Counted from the first letter of the stretch, positions 1 through 10,621 are shown. The stretch is DNA of 64,000 nucleotides from Patescibacteria group bacterium (GCA_018969615.1 JAGWYA010000004.1:9922-73921); one strand, 5' to 3'. Translations and numbers: made by a program. Notes: a model not told the origin generated them from the sequence alone.

Positions 1-71
1 GCTTGGCGGAGGCCGATGGATGGCAATTGGGCGAACGCCGCCGCGAATTTTTTAATAGGGTCGGGGAGCAT
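1..71 (-). CDS. recR: Recombination protein RecR, 5' end only (runs off window)
   Basis: Own translation from CAT at 69-71: MLPDPIKKFAAAFAQLPSIGLRQA, resembling the RecR N-terminal helix-hairpin-helix (LPxIGxxxA); downstream of dnaB. Confidence 0.7.
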   Translation of the reverse strand, partial: MLPDPIKKFAAAFAQLPSIGLRQ

Positions 72-74
72 AAA

Positions 75-150
75 TAGTGAGTAGGGAGTAGCGCGTGGGC
101 AGTAGGGATAATAAGTAGTTAGTAGTGAGTAGGCAGTGGGTAAGGAATAG
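75..150. repeat. Degenerate heptamer tandem repeat (AGTAGGG/AGTAGCG/AGTAGTG-like)
   Basis: agtaggg agtagcg cgtgggc agtaggg ... agtagtg agtaggc agtggg; same family at 5910-5942 and 46922-47020. Confidence 0.75.
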
Positions 151-158
151 GTCTAAAG

Positions 159-182
159 TCCCTGCCTGCCGGCAGGCAGGGA
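159..182. repeat. Perfect palindrome TCCCTGCCTGCCGGCAGGCAGGGA (REP-like)
   Basis: 24-bp palindrome; near-identical core CCTGCCTACCGGCAGGCAGG at 23418-23437. Confidence 0.85.
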
Positions 183-204
183 ATGTCGAAAGTCAGAAAA
201 CAAA

Positions 205-1554
205 TTATGATTCGGGATTATGGTAGGTATCGATCGAAAGGAAGCTTGCTTTGGTCGGATCGAATTTCAGTTTAACCGTGCCGACCGGACCGTTGCGGTG
301 CTTGGCAATGATGATCTCCGCCGTATCGTCATCATCCATTCCGGGGTTGGCGACGTTGCGGTCTTTGCGGTAAATAAACATCACGACGTCAGCGTCTTGC
401 TCGATGGAGCCTGATTCGCGAAGGTCGGAGAGCCGCGGCCGCTTATTGTCACGTTTGTCGACCTCGCGGGAGAGCTGCGAGAGGGCGAGGACCGGGACGT
501 TCAATTCGCGCGCCATGGATTTTAATCCGCGGGAGAATTCGGTGACCTGTTGAACCATATTATCACTATGCATCCGCGGCTGGATCAGTTGGAGATAGTC
601 GACGACAATGAGACCGAGGCCGTGCTCAGCCTGCAGGCGGCGGGCCATGGAGCGCATCTGGAGGACGGTCGGCGAAGGCGAGTCGTCGATATAGACCGGT
701 GCGCGGGAAAGATGGTCGAGCGCATTCTGGATAAGGCCGAAATCCTCGTCGGCCTTCAGTCGGCCGGTACGGAGCTCCCAGAGCGGGATGCCCGCTTCGG
801 ACGAGATAAGACGGTCTACGATCTGTTCGCGGGACATTTCCAGCGAAAAGATGCCGACTGGGACGTTCTCTTTGACTGCGACGTGCCGGGCGATATCAAG
901 TGCGAGAGAGGTTTTACCAAGCGACGGGCGGGCGCCCAGGATGACCAGGTCTGATTTCTGGAATCCGGAGAGCATATTATCGAGGCCGGAGAATCCGGTC
1001 GGGACGCCGCGCATCGTGCCTTCGCCGCTGTGCAGTTTTTCGATGCGTTCGAATGCGCCTTTCAGTTCGTCTTTGAGCGGCGAGAATTTCTGGCTGAACG
1101 AGTGCTGGGAGATCGCAAAGATCTTCTGTTCGATCGCATCCAGGATATCGTCGACATCATCAGAAGAGGAGAACGCGTTCTCGGTGATCTCGGCCGATGT
1201 TTTAATGAGATCGCGGAGGACCTTTTTCTCTTTGACGATCTTCGCGTAGTGTTCGACATGCGCCGCGGACGGGACGGAATCGATGAGCTTGGCAAGAAAC
1301 GACTGTCCGCCGATCTCTTTGAGCACATTTTCGCTTTTCAGTTTTTCGGTCACGCTCAAGATATCGATCGGTTGGCGCTTTTCATAGAGCGAAAGCATGA
1401 CCTCATAGATCTTCGAGTGGGCGGGTTTATAAAAATCTTCCTCGGTAAGGATATCCGCCGCATTGATGATGGCGTTCTTATCAAGCATGATCGCGCCGAG
1501 CACTGACTGTTCGGCGTCGATGTTTTGCGGAGGTAATTTAAGGGAAGTGGCCAT
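205..1554 (-). CDS. dnaB: Replicative DNA helicase
   Basis: PPQNIDAEQSVLG N-terminus, GARPSLGKT Walker A, VVDYLQL, LSQLSR, DLRESGSIEQDAD. Confidence 0.98.
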   Translation of the reverse strand: MATSLKLPPQNIDAEQSVLGAIMLDKNAIINAADILTEEDFYKPAHSKIYEVMLSLYEKRQPIDILSVTEKLKSENVLKEIGGQSFLAKLIDSVPSAAHVEHYAKIVKEKKVLRDLIKTSAEITENAFSSSDDVDDILDAIEQKIFAISQHSFSQKFSPLKDELKGAFERIEKLHSGEGTMRGVPTGFSGLDNMLSGFQKSDLVILGARPSLGKTSLALDIARHVAVKENVPVGIFSLEMSREQIVDRLISSEAGIPLWELRTGRLKADEDFGLIQNALDHLSRAPVYIDDSPSPTVLQMRSMARRLQAEHGLGLIVVDYLQLIQPRMHSDNMVQQVTEFSRGLKSMARELNVPVLALSQLSREVDKRDNKRPRLSDLRESGSIEQDADVVMFIYRKDRNVANPGMDDDDTAEIIIAKHRNGPVGTVKLKFDPTKASFLSIDTYHNPES

Positions 1555-1632
1555 AAGCGAACGTATGCAATAAGACGTTCCGCTGCGTGCAGGGGAGAGA
1601 ATACTTGCTGTTCAGGAGTATGCGCGTACGCG

Positions 1633-3015
1633 TTACTCCTTCGGAAGGACGAGCGGACCCAGTAGTGTGTCCTCTATGATATATCCTACCGTGTCCAGTT
1701 CCTCGCGCAAAGCATCGGCCTGGATAAACTGTTTATGACTTCGAAGCGACTCCCGTTCCTTCGCTTTCTTCATGATCGCCGCGGGGACGCGCGGCTTCTT
1801 TTTAAGCCCTAATCCGAGGATTCCTAGCTTTTCTACCAACAGATCGCTGATCGCCTTTGCATCGGCGGCAGACATGGTCCACATCTGCGGCTCAACGGCA
1901 TTGAGGAGGCTGAAAAGCGCACCCAGGGCGTCCGGTGTATTGAAGTCATCGTCCATCGCAGCGGTGAATTTCTCCTCAGCGGTTTTGAGCATGTTTGTGA
2001 CTTCGTTTCCGGCACTTCCTTTTTTGCGCTTAAGGGCAAGACGTGCAAGCGTATGCCGGAGATGGGCGAGCGAGCTTGCTGCCTGAGCCGCCGCCGCTTC
2101 GGAATAATCGATCGGGGAACGATAGTGGTGCGAAAGCACGAGCATGCGCAGTGTTTCGGAAGCATGGTGTGCAAGAAAATCGTTGATCGTAATGAAATTG
2201 CCGAGCGACTTTGACATCTTCTCGCCGTTCACCAAAAGGAAGCCGGTATGCATCCAGATCCGGACGAACGGTTCTTTGCCCGAAGCTGATTCCTGCTGCG
2301 CGATCTCCGCTTCGTGGTGGGGGAATTTCAGATCAGCGGCCCCGCCGTGCAGATCGTATTGCGGACCGAAGAAGTGTTCGGAGATCGCCGTGTCTTCAAT
2401 GTGCCATCCCGGCCGTCCGGTGCCCAGCGGCGTTTTCCATTTCGGTTCGCCCGGCTTCGAATATTTCCATAGGCAGAAGTCGCCAGGATTCTTTTTATTC
2501 GTGCTGGTATCGATCCGGCTTACCCCGTCGCTTGCTTGGGCTGCCGTGCGGCGGGAGAGCTTGCCATAGGAAGGAAATGTTGAGAGATCGAAATACCAGC
2601 CGTCATCCGGGATCTCGTAGGCATGGCCGGTATCAATGAGTGTTTGAACCTGCTTGACGATGTCGGGAATGAAGTCGGTCGCGCGGGCATACATGCTTAC
2701 GCTGGTGACGCCGAGCTGTTTCATATTTTGATGATAGGAACGTTCAAGCTCCCGCACCAGTTTTTTCCAAGCGGTCTTTTGCTGAGCCGCCCGGTCGATG
2801 ATCTTGTCATCGATGTCGGTGATATTCTGAAGATAGGTGACTTCGCGTCCGCGTGCGCGGAGATAGCGGACGATCGCATCGAACGCGATATAGGTGCGGG
2901 CATGGCCGATATGCGCATGGTCATAGACGGTCGGACCGCAGACAAAAAGCCGCAGCGGATCGTGGTCGGGAAGCGGTTCTTTTTTTCCGGAAAGCGTGTT
3001 GAATGCCTGAAGCAT
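1633..3015 (-). CDS. cysS: Cysteine--tRNA ligase
   Basis: CGPTVYD, HIGH, GRPGWHIE, FPHHE, KMSKS motifs. Confidence 0.98.
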   Translation of the reverse strand: MLQAFNTLSGKKEPLPDHDPLRLFVCGPTVYDHAHIGHARTYIAFDAIVRYLRARGREVTYLQNITDIDDKIIDRAAQQKTAWKKLVRELERSYHQNMKQLGVTSVSMYARATDFIPDIVKQVQTLIDTGHAYEIPDDGWYFDLSTFPSYGKLSRRTAAQASDGVSRIDTSTNKKNPGDFCLWKYSKPGEPKWKTPLGTGRPGWHIEDTAISEHFFGPQYDLHGGAADLKFPHHEAEIAQQESASGKEPFVRIWMHTGFLLVNGEKMSKSLGNFITINDFLAHHASETLRMLVLSHHYRSPIDYSEAAAAQAASSLAHLRHTLARLALKRKKGSAGNEVTNMLKTAEEKFTAAMDDDFNTPDALGALFSLLNAVEPQMWTMSAADAKAISDLLVEKLGILGLGLKKKPRVPAAIMKKAKERESLRSHKQFIQADALREELDTVGYIIEDTLLGPLVLPKE

Positions 3016-3133
3016 GTTTCAATTTTACTATATATTTGGATATCCCGCTAACATAAAACATTAAATACAAACCCTTGAAATTCTATATATTAAAAGATAA
3101 ACTTTGTATTAGTTCTCTAATGAAGGGGATCAA

Positions 3134-3493
3134 ATGAACGAAGCGAGTTTCAATGACATCTCGGCAAGAGTAAATAATTTATTGAATCATTTCAAAATCG
3201 GATCCCGTGTTTTGGCATTGATGTTGAAAGTTTCCGAATCCACGGTGAGGCGCGCGCGAAATGGAAAAGGCGGCTACAGATTATCGGAATTAAAAAGATT
3301 CGATAAATTAGAAAAAATGGTACGGGAAACTCCCAATGTTTTTGTTCCCGGAGGATTTGGTGAATGGTTTCGTGATCCGAATGAGTGCCTCGGCGGCTTA
3401 TCACCATTGGATTGCATTTTAAAATTTGATGAAAAAGGAATGGATCACGTTGCTGGTCTCTTAACGGGTATCAAATACGGTATCCCTTCGTAA
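3134..3493 (+). CDS. Xre/MbcA/ParS-type antitoxin-like protein (HTH plus C-terminal toxin-binding domain)
   Basis: HTH-like LALMLKVSESTVRR; C-terminal WFRDPNECLGGLSPLD...G..HV..LL..IKYGIPS fits the MbcA/ParS pattern; AT-rich; upstream TTGAAA-17-TAAACT promoter (3075-3103). Confidence 0.7.
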   Translation: MNEASFNDISARVNNLLNHFKIGSRVLALMLKVSESTVRRARNGKGGYRLSELKRFDKLEKMVRETPNVFVPGGFGEWFRDPNECLGGLSPLDCILKFDEKGMDHVAGLLTGIKYGIPS

Positions 3494-3515
3494 CCGGCCT
3501 AAGAGCCGGTTTTTT
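3492..3515 (+). terminator. Intrinsic terminator
   Basis: AACCGGC-6-GCCGGTT plus T run, overlapping the stop codon. Confidence 0.8.
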
Positions 3516-3568
3516 ATTTTAGCTTTTAATCTTTACTTTCGACTTTTTACTTTCGACGTTCGACTGGC

Positions 3569-4477
3569 TTATATCCACCCTTTCTTGCGGAAGAAGAAGA
3601 GGACGAGCGAGGTGCAGAGAAGGACAATAAAGAAGGTAAGCGCAAAAACGGCAAGGCTCCCGTCGGTGAATTTATCGACGGCGGGGACGGTGAAGAACGC
3701 GGTCGTCAGCACGAGCGGGAAGGTAAGGAAGGCAAGAATGGTGAAGCGCTGCATGACGCTGTTCGTTTTTGCATCCAGAAGCTGTGCGTTGGTCTGTTCA
3801 AGCGCATCGACGGTCTCTTTGAAGTTGTCGAGGAGCTGCATGATCTTGAGGTGATCGCCGGCAAGGTCCGAGAAGTAGATCTTGATCTGTTCATTCCAGA
3901 ACTTTCCGCCCACTTCGCGGAGGGATTCAAGGATGATCTCCTGCGGCTTACTGATGATGCTGTAGTCGAGGATGTCGCGCTTGAGATAGGAGATCTCCTC
4001 AAGAAGCTTCCGTTCTTCGCCCTGGAAGAGATCTTTCGTGAGCTGAGAGACATTCTCTTCGATATGGCGAAGCTGCCGCTGGGAGAAGAACAGGATCTCT
4101 TCAATAAGGTAGTAGAGGAGCCGTCCGGTGTCCTCGCCGAGGGCGCGGTCCTTGAAATGCGGATCGTTGCTGAGACGGCGCCAGAAGTTGTTCAGCGGCT
4201 CAAGGTCTTCATAGTGGACCGTGATGATCTTATCCTTGGTGATCAGAAAATCAACCTCGCCTTTGCGCGAGCTTTTGATGTTCTTGTCATAGATCGGCAG
4301 GTGATAGGTGAGATAGAGGTATTTCTCATACGGTTCCACGCGGGAGCGCGCAGAGGTATGCAAAAGCTCATCGAGAATGATCGGATGGAACTTGTGCTGT
4401 TTCCGGATGAACTCAATATCCTTTTTGGTCGGGTTCTGGACGTCGATCCAGGTGAATTTCCCTTTGATGATCCTCAT
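3569..4477 (-). CDS. corA: CorA family divalent cation transporter
   Basis: WIDVQNPT, HPIILDEL, SRVEPY, TNSVMQRFTIL, two C-terminal TM helices, FFRKKGWI end; GMN motif not conserved. Confidence 0.85.
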   Translation of the reverse strand: MRIIKGKFTWIDVQNPTKKDIEFIRKQHKFHPIILDELLHTSARSRVEPYEKYLYLTYHLPIYDKNIKSSRKGEVDFLITKDKIITVHYEDLEPLNNFWRRLSNDPHFKDRALGEDTGRLLYYLIEEILFFSQRQLRHIEENVSQLTKDLFQGEERKLLEEISYLKRDILDYSIISKPQEIILESLREVGGKFWNEQIKIYFSDLAGDHLKIMQLLDNFKETVDALEQTNAQLLDAKTNSVMQRFTILAFLTFPLVLTTAFFTVPAVDKFTDGSLAVFALTFFIVLLCTSLVLFFFRKKGWI

Positions 4478-4503
4478 ATCGTAAGTATATCATATGGGGA
4501 TAA

Positions 4504-4530
4504 TTAGCACTCTTGACATGAGAGTGCTAA
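4504..4530. promoter_or_regulatory. CIRCE operator (HrcA site) overlapping a sigma70 promoter
   Basis: Perfect TTAGCACTC-N9-GAGTGCTAA; the spacer contains TTGACA (4513-4518), with TACAAT at 4537-4542. Confidence 0.97.
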
Positions 4531-4669
4531 TTTTTTTACAATAGGAACATTATGCCAGGTAGTAGATCTGCGATTAGAATCTGATTTTCGCATCTTGCTA
4601 ATTGGCAGCTAACGTATAAGTGGAAAATAAGAAATATTATAAATAATCAATAAAAATCAGATTCTGCGG

Positions 4670-5398
4670 ATGAACATCGCAGACTCACTACCTGGTATGA
4701 TGAACGCGCGTACCCAATCCATTCTTGAGGCGGCGATCAAGGAATATATCAAGACCGGCGAGCCGGTGAGCTCGCGTGTCCTGAGCAAGAAATATGATTT
4801 CGGCGTAAAAGATGCGACCATCCGGAACGAATTGAGCCGCCTCACCAAGGACGGCTATTTGGCGCAGGAGCATACGTCCGGCGGCCGGGTGCCGACCGAT
4901 AAGGGATACGGCTTGTTCGTGATGCATACGTATCAGAACCTGCTTGATTCGAAGCGGATCATCAATGACCGGCAGACGCGCCTGGCAAGCGGCCTGAAGA
5001 AGGGGAATGTCCGCGAGGCTGTGAAGGCGCTATCCAATGAAACGAAGGCGCTGGGGGTCATTCAGAGCGGCGAGGATGTGTATAAGACCGGTCTGAACGA
5101 TCTCTTCGAGCAGCTTAACCTTGATGCGCGGCAGGACCTGCAGGAGATCATTGAAGATTTTGAATCATTGGATGATCGCCTCGCGCAATTCCAGAAGAAG
5201 TTTCTGCAGGCCGCTTCTTCGCCTCAGGTGTTCATCGGAAAGAAAAGTCCGATCACGCAGAGCGAGAACCTTTCGGTCATTCTTGATTGTTATACGGTAG
5301 ACGGTGAGAAGGTCATTATCGCGGTCATCGGGCCGAAGCGCATGGACTACGATAAGAACTTGAAACTATTAAAAGGATTACATGAATTATATGAATAA
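4670..5398 (+). CDS. hrcA: Heat-inducible transcription repressor HrcA (short form; start may be 4697/4700)
   Basis: EYIKTGEPVSS, ATIRNEL, HTSGGRVPTDKGY, IGPKRMDY; follows CIRCE and precedes grpE-dnaK. Confidence 0.95.
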   Translation: MNIADSLPGMMNARTQSILEAAIKEYIKTGEPVSSRVLSKKYDFGVKDATIRNELSRLTKDGYLAQEHTSGGRVPTDKGYGLFVMHTYQNLLDSKRIINDRQTRLASGLKKGNVREAVKALSNETKALGVIQSGEDVYKTGLNDLFEQLNLDARQDLQEIIEDFESLDDRLAQFQKKFLQAASSPQVFIGKKSPITQSENLSVILDCYTVDGEKVIIAVIGPKRMDYDKNLKLLKGLHELYE

Positions 5399-5909
5399 TG
5401 ACGAACCGATAAAACAGAATACGGAAGAGCAGGAATTGGCGCCGCAAGTGAATGAGTCGAATGGTTCGGCAAGCTCACCACAAGCCGATCTCGAAAAGGT
5501 AGAGCAGGAACGCGACGAGTATCTGAACGGATGGAAGCGGGCGAAAGCCGATTTCATCAATTATCAGAAAGATGAGACTAAGCGTCTGCGGGATGCGATA
5601 GGGTATGGGTCGGAGAACATGATGCGCGATCTGATCCCGGTCCTTGACAGTTTCGCCCTTGCCGCCATGGCGGGAAAGGACGACGAGGGAATGAAAGCGA
5701 TCCAGAGCCAATTGAAGGATGTGCTGAAGCGGCATGGACTGGAGAAGATGGCGGTAAGTCCGGGAGATGCGTTCGATGTCACGGTCCATGAGTCGCTCGG
5801 CGAGATGGAATCGGATAAGCCATCGGGCACGGTCGCGGCGGAAGTCGAAGCGGGATATCTGCTGAACGGGAAGGTTATCCGTCCGGCGAGAGTGAAGCTG
5901 GCGAAATGA
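5382..5909 (+). CDS. grpE: Nucleotide exchange factor GrpE
   Basis: KRAKADFINY, LIPVLDSF, FD...HE, GYLLNGKVIRPARV. Confidence 0.97.
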   Translation: MNYMNNDEPIKQNTEEQELAPQVNESNGSASSPQADLEKVEQERDEYLNGWKRAKADFINYQKDETKRLRDAIGYGSENMMRDLIPVLDSFALAAMAGKDDEGMKAIQSQLKDVLKRHGLEKMAVSPGDAFDVTVHESLGEMESDKPSGTVAAEVEAGYLLNGKVIRPARVKLAK

Positions 5910-5973
5910 AGATAGTGCGTAGGCAGTAGGGAGTAGGCAGTAACATTACAAAACAAATCTTTTTAAAATAACT

Positions 5974-7842
5974 ATGGCAAAAATATTAGGTATCGACTTG
6001 GGAACAACGAACTCGGCAATGGCGATCATGGAGGCCGGAGGCCCTCGCGTGCTTGAGAACGCGGAAGGGAACCGCACAACGCCGTCCATCGCCGCATTCA
6101 GTAAATCGAAAGAGCGCGTCGTCGGTTTGCTTGCAAAGCGGCAGGCGGTGACCAATCCGCAGAACACTATCGCATCAGTGAAGCGCCTGATCGGGCGTAA
6201 ATTCACCGACGCCGAGGTTCAGAGCGATAAAAAAACGCTTCCCTATGAGATCCGCGCGACCGCTACGGGCGGCGTGGAGGTGAAGATGGGCGAGCAGTGG
6301 TACAAGCCGGAAGAGATCTCGGCAATGGTGCTCGGCAAATTAAAGGCGGATGCGGAGGCCTTGCTTGGCGAAAAGATCACCGAGGCGGTCATTACGGTTC
6401 CGGCATATTTCGACGACAGTCAGCGCCAGGCGACCAAGAATGCCGGCGAGATCGCCGGTTTGAAGGTCAGCCGTATCATCAATGAGCCGACGGCGGCAGC
6501 CCTTGCCTACGGCATGAACAAGAAAAAGAACGAAAAGATCGTGGTCTATGACTTCGGCGGCGGAACGTTCGACGTCTCCGTGCTGGAAGTCGCCGACGAT
6601 ACCGTTGAGGTGAAATCCACCGGCGGTGACACCCACTTGGGCGGCGACGACTTCGACAAGAAGATCATCGACTTCCTGATTGACCAGTATCGCAAGGAAT
6701 CGGGGATCGATATCTCCAAGGATCCGCTCGCGATCCAACGCTTGAAAGAGGCCGCTGAAAAGGCGAAACACGAGCTTTCGTCGTCGTTCGAGACCGAGAT
6801 CAATATTCCGTATATCAGTTCCGACGCGTCCGGTCCGAAGCATTTCCTGTTGAAAATGACGCGTGCAAAACTGGAAGAGCTGGTGAAGCCGTTCATTGAC
6901 CGTTCCATTGAGCTGACGCTGAAGACCGTAAAGGATGCGAAATTCGACGTGAAGGACATCAACGAGGTTATTCTGGTCGGCGGACAGACCCGTATGCCGG
7001 CGATGGCCGATGCGGTGAAAAACGCGTTCGGCAAAGAGCCGCATAAAGGCGTGAATCCGGATGAGGTGGTGGCGATCGGCGCCGCGATCCAGGCGGGTAT
7101 CATGCAGGGTGACGTGAAGGACGTATTGTTGCTCGACGTGACCCCGTTGTCGCTCGGTATTGAAACTCTCGGCGGCGTGTTCACTCGTCTGATCGAAAAG
7201 AACACGACGATCCCGACCGCGAAGACGCAGGTGTTCTCGACCGCGGCCGACAATCAGCCGTCGGTGGAGATCCATGTGTTGCAGGGCGAACGCGAAATGG
7301 CGGCGGACAACAAGACGCTTGCCAAGTTCATGCTCGACGGCATTCCGCCGGCGCCGCGCGGCGTTCCGCAGGTTGAAGTGACCTTCGACATCGACGCGAA
7401 CGGCATCTTGAACGTGTCCGCAAAGGACAAGGCGAGCGGTAAAGTGCAGAGCGTGAAGATCGAGGCATCAACCGGCCTTTCAAAAGAGGAGGTTGAGCGT
7501 TTGAAGAACGAAGCCGCCGCGCATCGCGAAGAAGACCAGAAGAAACGCGAACTGATCGAAGTGAAGAACTCGGCGGAGAGCGCGGTGTATGCGGGCGAGA
7601 AAGCGATCCGTGAAGCGGGCGATAAGGTTCCGGAGGATATCAAGACAGCCGTCACGGCGAAGATCGATGCGGTGAAAGCGGTGAAAGACGGCACGGACGC
7701 CGAAGCGATCAAGAAAGCACTGGAGGAATTGTCTCAGGAAGCGCAGAAGATCGGCGCGCATATGTACAAAGATCAGGGTGCCGGCGCGCAGCCGGGCGCG
7801 GCTGGTCCGGAAGCCCCGAAGGGCGAGGAGCCGAAGGCGTAA
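5974..7842 (+). CDS. dnaK: Chaperone DnaK
   Basis: [29 protein letters not shown]. Confidence 0.99.
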   Translation: MAKILGIDLGTTNSAMAIMEAGGPRVLENAEGNRTTPSIAAFSKSKERVVGLLAKRQAVTNPQNTIASVKRLIGRKFTDAEVQSDKKTLPYEIRATATGGVEVKMGEQWYKPEEISAMVLGKLKADAEALLGEKITEAVITVPAYFDDSQRQATKNAGEIAGLKVSRIINEPTAAALAYGMNKKKNEKIVVYDFGGGTFDVSVLEVADDTVEVKSTGGDTHLGGDDFDKKIIDFLIDQYRKESGIDISKDPLAIQRLKEAAEKAKHELSSSFETEINIPYISSDASGPKHFLLKMTRAKLEELVKPFIDRSIELTLKTVKDAKFDVKDINEVILVGGQTRMPAMADAVKNAFGKEPHKGVNPDEVVAIGAAIQAGIMQGDVKDVLLLDVTPLSLGIETLGGVFTRLIEKNTTIPTAKTQVFSTAADNQPSVEIHVLQGEREMAADNKTLAKFMLDGIPPAPRGVPQVEVTFDIDANGILNVSAKDKASGKVQSVKIEASTGLSKEEVERLKNEAAAHREEDQKKRELIEVKNSAESAVYAGEKAIREAGDKVPEDIKTAVTAKIDAVKAVKDGTDAEAIKKALEELSQEAQKIGAHMYKDQGAGAQPGAAGPEAPKGEEPKA

Positions 7843-7861
7843 CGCGTGGTATACTAAGAAT

Positions 7862-8848
7862 ATGCTTGAGAACTCTTCATCGACTACCGCACAGGACGCA
7901 AACATTGATGCTTCGGTCGCGAAAATGATCGGCTTGGGCGTGGTGAATATCCTCGCCGCGGCATTCCTTGCGTTCACGTTGCGCCAGGTCTTTGCGGATG
8001 GAGGGGTCAGCGCCAGGAATATTCTCGGTACGACGATCGCGAACCTTTTGTTCCTTTCGTGCGTGCTGCTGCAGGTTTTCTTTGTTAAATCAATGAAGGT
8101 CCAGAGCATCCTGGTCCTTTTGGAGGCTTTGGTGATCGCATCGCCGTTCGTGTTCTATTGGTCGGGGCTGTTCCTGCTTGCGCTGGCGCTGCTGATCTTG
8201 TTCATGATGAACGGGCTCCGGTCGGGGATGAAAGAAATGGACAATGAAATGGCGGTCCGGTTTAAGATGATCGAGCGGAAGACGCTTCCGGCGATCATTA
8301 CCGGGCTCTCCCTCTTTATCAGCATCATCTATCTTGCGATCAACGGGACCGGCGCATCGTTCCTCTCAAAGGATGCGTTTGCGGTCATGATGAAGCCGGT
8401 AGATCCGATCGCGCAAAGCCTTTTGATGCCGGGTTTTTCAGTGAATATGACCATGACCGAGCTCGCGCAGGCGGTTGCGGTCCGCCAGCTAGGGACGACC
8501 TTCACATCGCTGACGCCTGATCTGCAGAGCCAGGCGCTTGAGGCGATCCTGACACAGCTGCGCGGGCAAGCCGCAACTTATGGCGTTTCATTCACGGATT
8601 CTGAAACGGTAAGCGATGTGCTCTATTCGTATTTCGTGCGGCAGTTCAATCAGATCCCGAACCAGTACCGCTCGCTGCTCCCGTATGTGATCCTGATCCT
8701 GACCTTTATTACGGTAAAAAGCTTAGGCGCTTTGCTTCGCTGGCTTATCATCCCGCTGGCCTATGCGCTGTATCAGTTCTTGTTGGCGACCGGTTTCGCG
8801 CGGATCAGTCTTGAATCGCGCAGCCGACAGATCATTACGTTGGGGTAG
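7862..8848 (+). CDS. Hypothetical multi-pass membrane protein
   Basis: ATG at 7862 within the listed ORF; several hydrophobic helices; between dnaK and dnaJ. Confidence 0.75.
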   Translation: MLENSSSTTAQDANIDASVAKMIGLGVVNILAAAFLAFTLRQVFADGGVSARNILGTTIANLLFLSCVLLQVFFVKSMKVQSILVLLEALVIASPFVFYWSGLFLLALALLILFMMNGLRSGMKEMDNEMAVRFKMIERKTLPAIITGLSLFISIIYLAINGTGASFLSKDAFAVMMKPVDPIAQSLLMPGFSVNMTMTELAQAVAVRQLGTTFTSLTPDLQSQALEAILTQLRGQAATYGVSFTDSETVSDVLYSYFVRQFNQIPNQYRSLLPYVILILTFITVKSLGALLRWLIIPLAYALYQFLLATGFARISLESRSRQIITLG

Positions 8849-8952
8849 CGATTGGAAATTTCCAATTACCGATACCCAATTTCAATCACTGGATCTTGAT
8901 CTTGCCGGCACCGCGCGGGATCGCTTGTTCGGTTTTCGTTATCTAAAGCATT

Positions 8953-10047
8953 ATGGCAAAAGATTATTACAAAATATTAGGCGTCGAAAAGAATGCATCC
9001 GAGGAGGAGATCAAAAAAGCCTTCCGGAAATTGGCGCACCAGCACCATCCCGATAAGGAGGGCGGCAATGCGGAAAAGTTTAAGGAGGCAAACGAAGCCT
9101 ATCAGGTGCTTTCTGATAAACAGAAGCGCGCGCAGTATGATCGCTTCGGAAGCGCATTCGAAGGAAACCAGGGCTTCGGCGGCTTTGGCGCCGGCGGTGC
9201 GCAAGGATTTGATTTTTCCCAGTTCGGCGATCTGAATGACATCGGCGATATTTTTGAGACTTTTTTCGGCGGAGGCCATCCGGGCCAGGCGCGCGGAGGC
9301 CGGCGCGGACAACGCCGAGGATCGGATATTGAAGCATCGCGGACGATCACGCTCGAAGATGCGTTCCGCGGAACGACGCTTCGTTTACAATATGAAACAA
9401 TGGGATCGTGCGATGCCTGCAAAGGCGTCGGAAGCTTTAAGGAAGCCGGGATGACGAAATGTACCGAATGCGGCGGCAAGGGACAGGTGCGTGAGATGCG
9501 GCGGACGATCTTCGGCCAGTTCGCGCAGGTGCGCGAGTGCACAAAATGCAAAGGCACCGGCGAGATCCCAAATAAGATCTGTACAAAATGCTCCGGCACC
9601 GGCCGCGTGAGGACGCCGAAGGATGTGCAGGTTTCGATCATGCCGGGCATTGCCGACGGACAGGTGATCAAGGTTCCCGGCGCGGGAGAGGCCGGCGAGC
9701 GCGGGGCAGTTACGGGCGATCTCTATGTACGTATTCATGTGGCGCCGCATCATGCGTTCCAGCGCGTAGGTGATGACCTGATCGTCCGGAAAGATATGGA
9801 TATTTTGAAAGTGCTTGGCGGCCATAAAGTGGAGATCCCGACGATCGAGGGCGGGAAAATAAACGTTGAGATCCCGGTCGGGTTCAATCTGCGCGAAAAA
9901 ATGCGTATTCCGAAAGAAGGCATGCCGCATCTCGGTAGCAGCGGCCCATTCGGCTCCGCTCATGGCAGGCGCGGCGATCTGTATGTTGAATTCGATATCA
10001 AGGTGCCGAAGGTGAAAGGGGACCTGAAGAAGATGCTTGGGGAGTAG
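8953..10047 (+). CDS. dnaJ: Chaperone DnaJ
   Basis: J domain with HPD, G/F region, four CxxCxGxG repeats. Confidence 0.99.
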   Translation: MAKDYYKILGVEKNASEEEIKKAFRKLAHQHHPDKEGGNAEKFKEANEAYQVLSDKQKRAQYDRFGSAFEGNQGFGGFGAGGAQGFDFSQFGDLNDIGDIFETFFGGGHPGQARGGRRGQRRGSDIEASRTITLEDAFRGTTLRLQYETMGSCDACKGVGSFKEAGMTKCTECGGKGQVREMRRTIFGQFAQVRECTKCKGTGEIPNKICTKCSGTGRVRTPKDVQVSIMPGIADGQVIKVPGAGEAGERGAVTGDLYVRIHVAPHHAFQRVGDDLIVRKDMDILKVLGGHKVEIPTIEGGKINVEIPVGFNLREKMRIPKEGMPHLGSSGPFGSAHGRRGDLYVEFDIKVPKVKGDLKKMLGE

Positions 10048-10117
10048 TTTTTCTTGCACGGTTTGGAAAAACGATATAGAGTGATCGTAGCTCATCGAGA
10101 TCGATCACAGAGGTTGC

Positions 10118-10621
10118 GTGAAGACAAAAAAGAATAAGCCCTATTTATCGCGCTTGGCGACAAAAAAGCTCCATACTTTAAGTTGGATATCCCTCGTTTG
10201 CGTTGTGGTTACGGTATTCCCGCTCGTTCCGCTTTTTCCCGCCCTAGTCACTCTTCATGGGCACCGAGTATATCTTTTATTTACGGGGCTTGTGAGTCTT
10301 GCTGCTGCTTCGGTCTTTTTTTTGGCAGCGGTGGACACGGCACTTAACATAAAAGAAAAAGTCCTTGCCCGCGGAGTTTTCGACCACGCGGAGTATCAGA
10401 AGCATTCGCGTCGTTCTCGTTCGGGGGCGATGGTCCATGCGACGCATACCGGCGTGGAGCGCCAGACCATTGTTCATTTGAAGGATGGACGTTGTTTTGT
10501 TCTTGGAGGTCATCAAGATGTCTTATTCTGCCAGGGAACGCCGATAAAGATCATGGAGAACGGCCATGGCCAGCGATCGATCGTTCAACTGAGACCGAGA
10601 AAATCCAAAAGCCGCGCATAG
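10118..10621 (+). CDS. Hypothetical membrane protein (2 TM plus soluble tail)
   Basis: GAGGT SD before GTG; two hydrophobic segments; stop lies in hairpin AAAAGCCGC-GCATA-GCGGCTTTT. Confidence 0.6.
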   Translation: MKTKKNKPYLSRLATKKLHTLSWISLVCVVVTVFPLVPLFPALVTLHGHRVYLLFTGLVSLAAASVFFLAAVDTALNIKEKVLARGVFDHAEYQKHSRRSRSGAMVHATHTGVERQTIVHLKDGRCFVLGGHQDVLFCQGTPIKIMENGHGQRSIVQLRPRKSKSRA

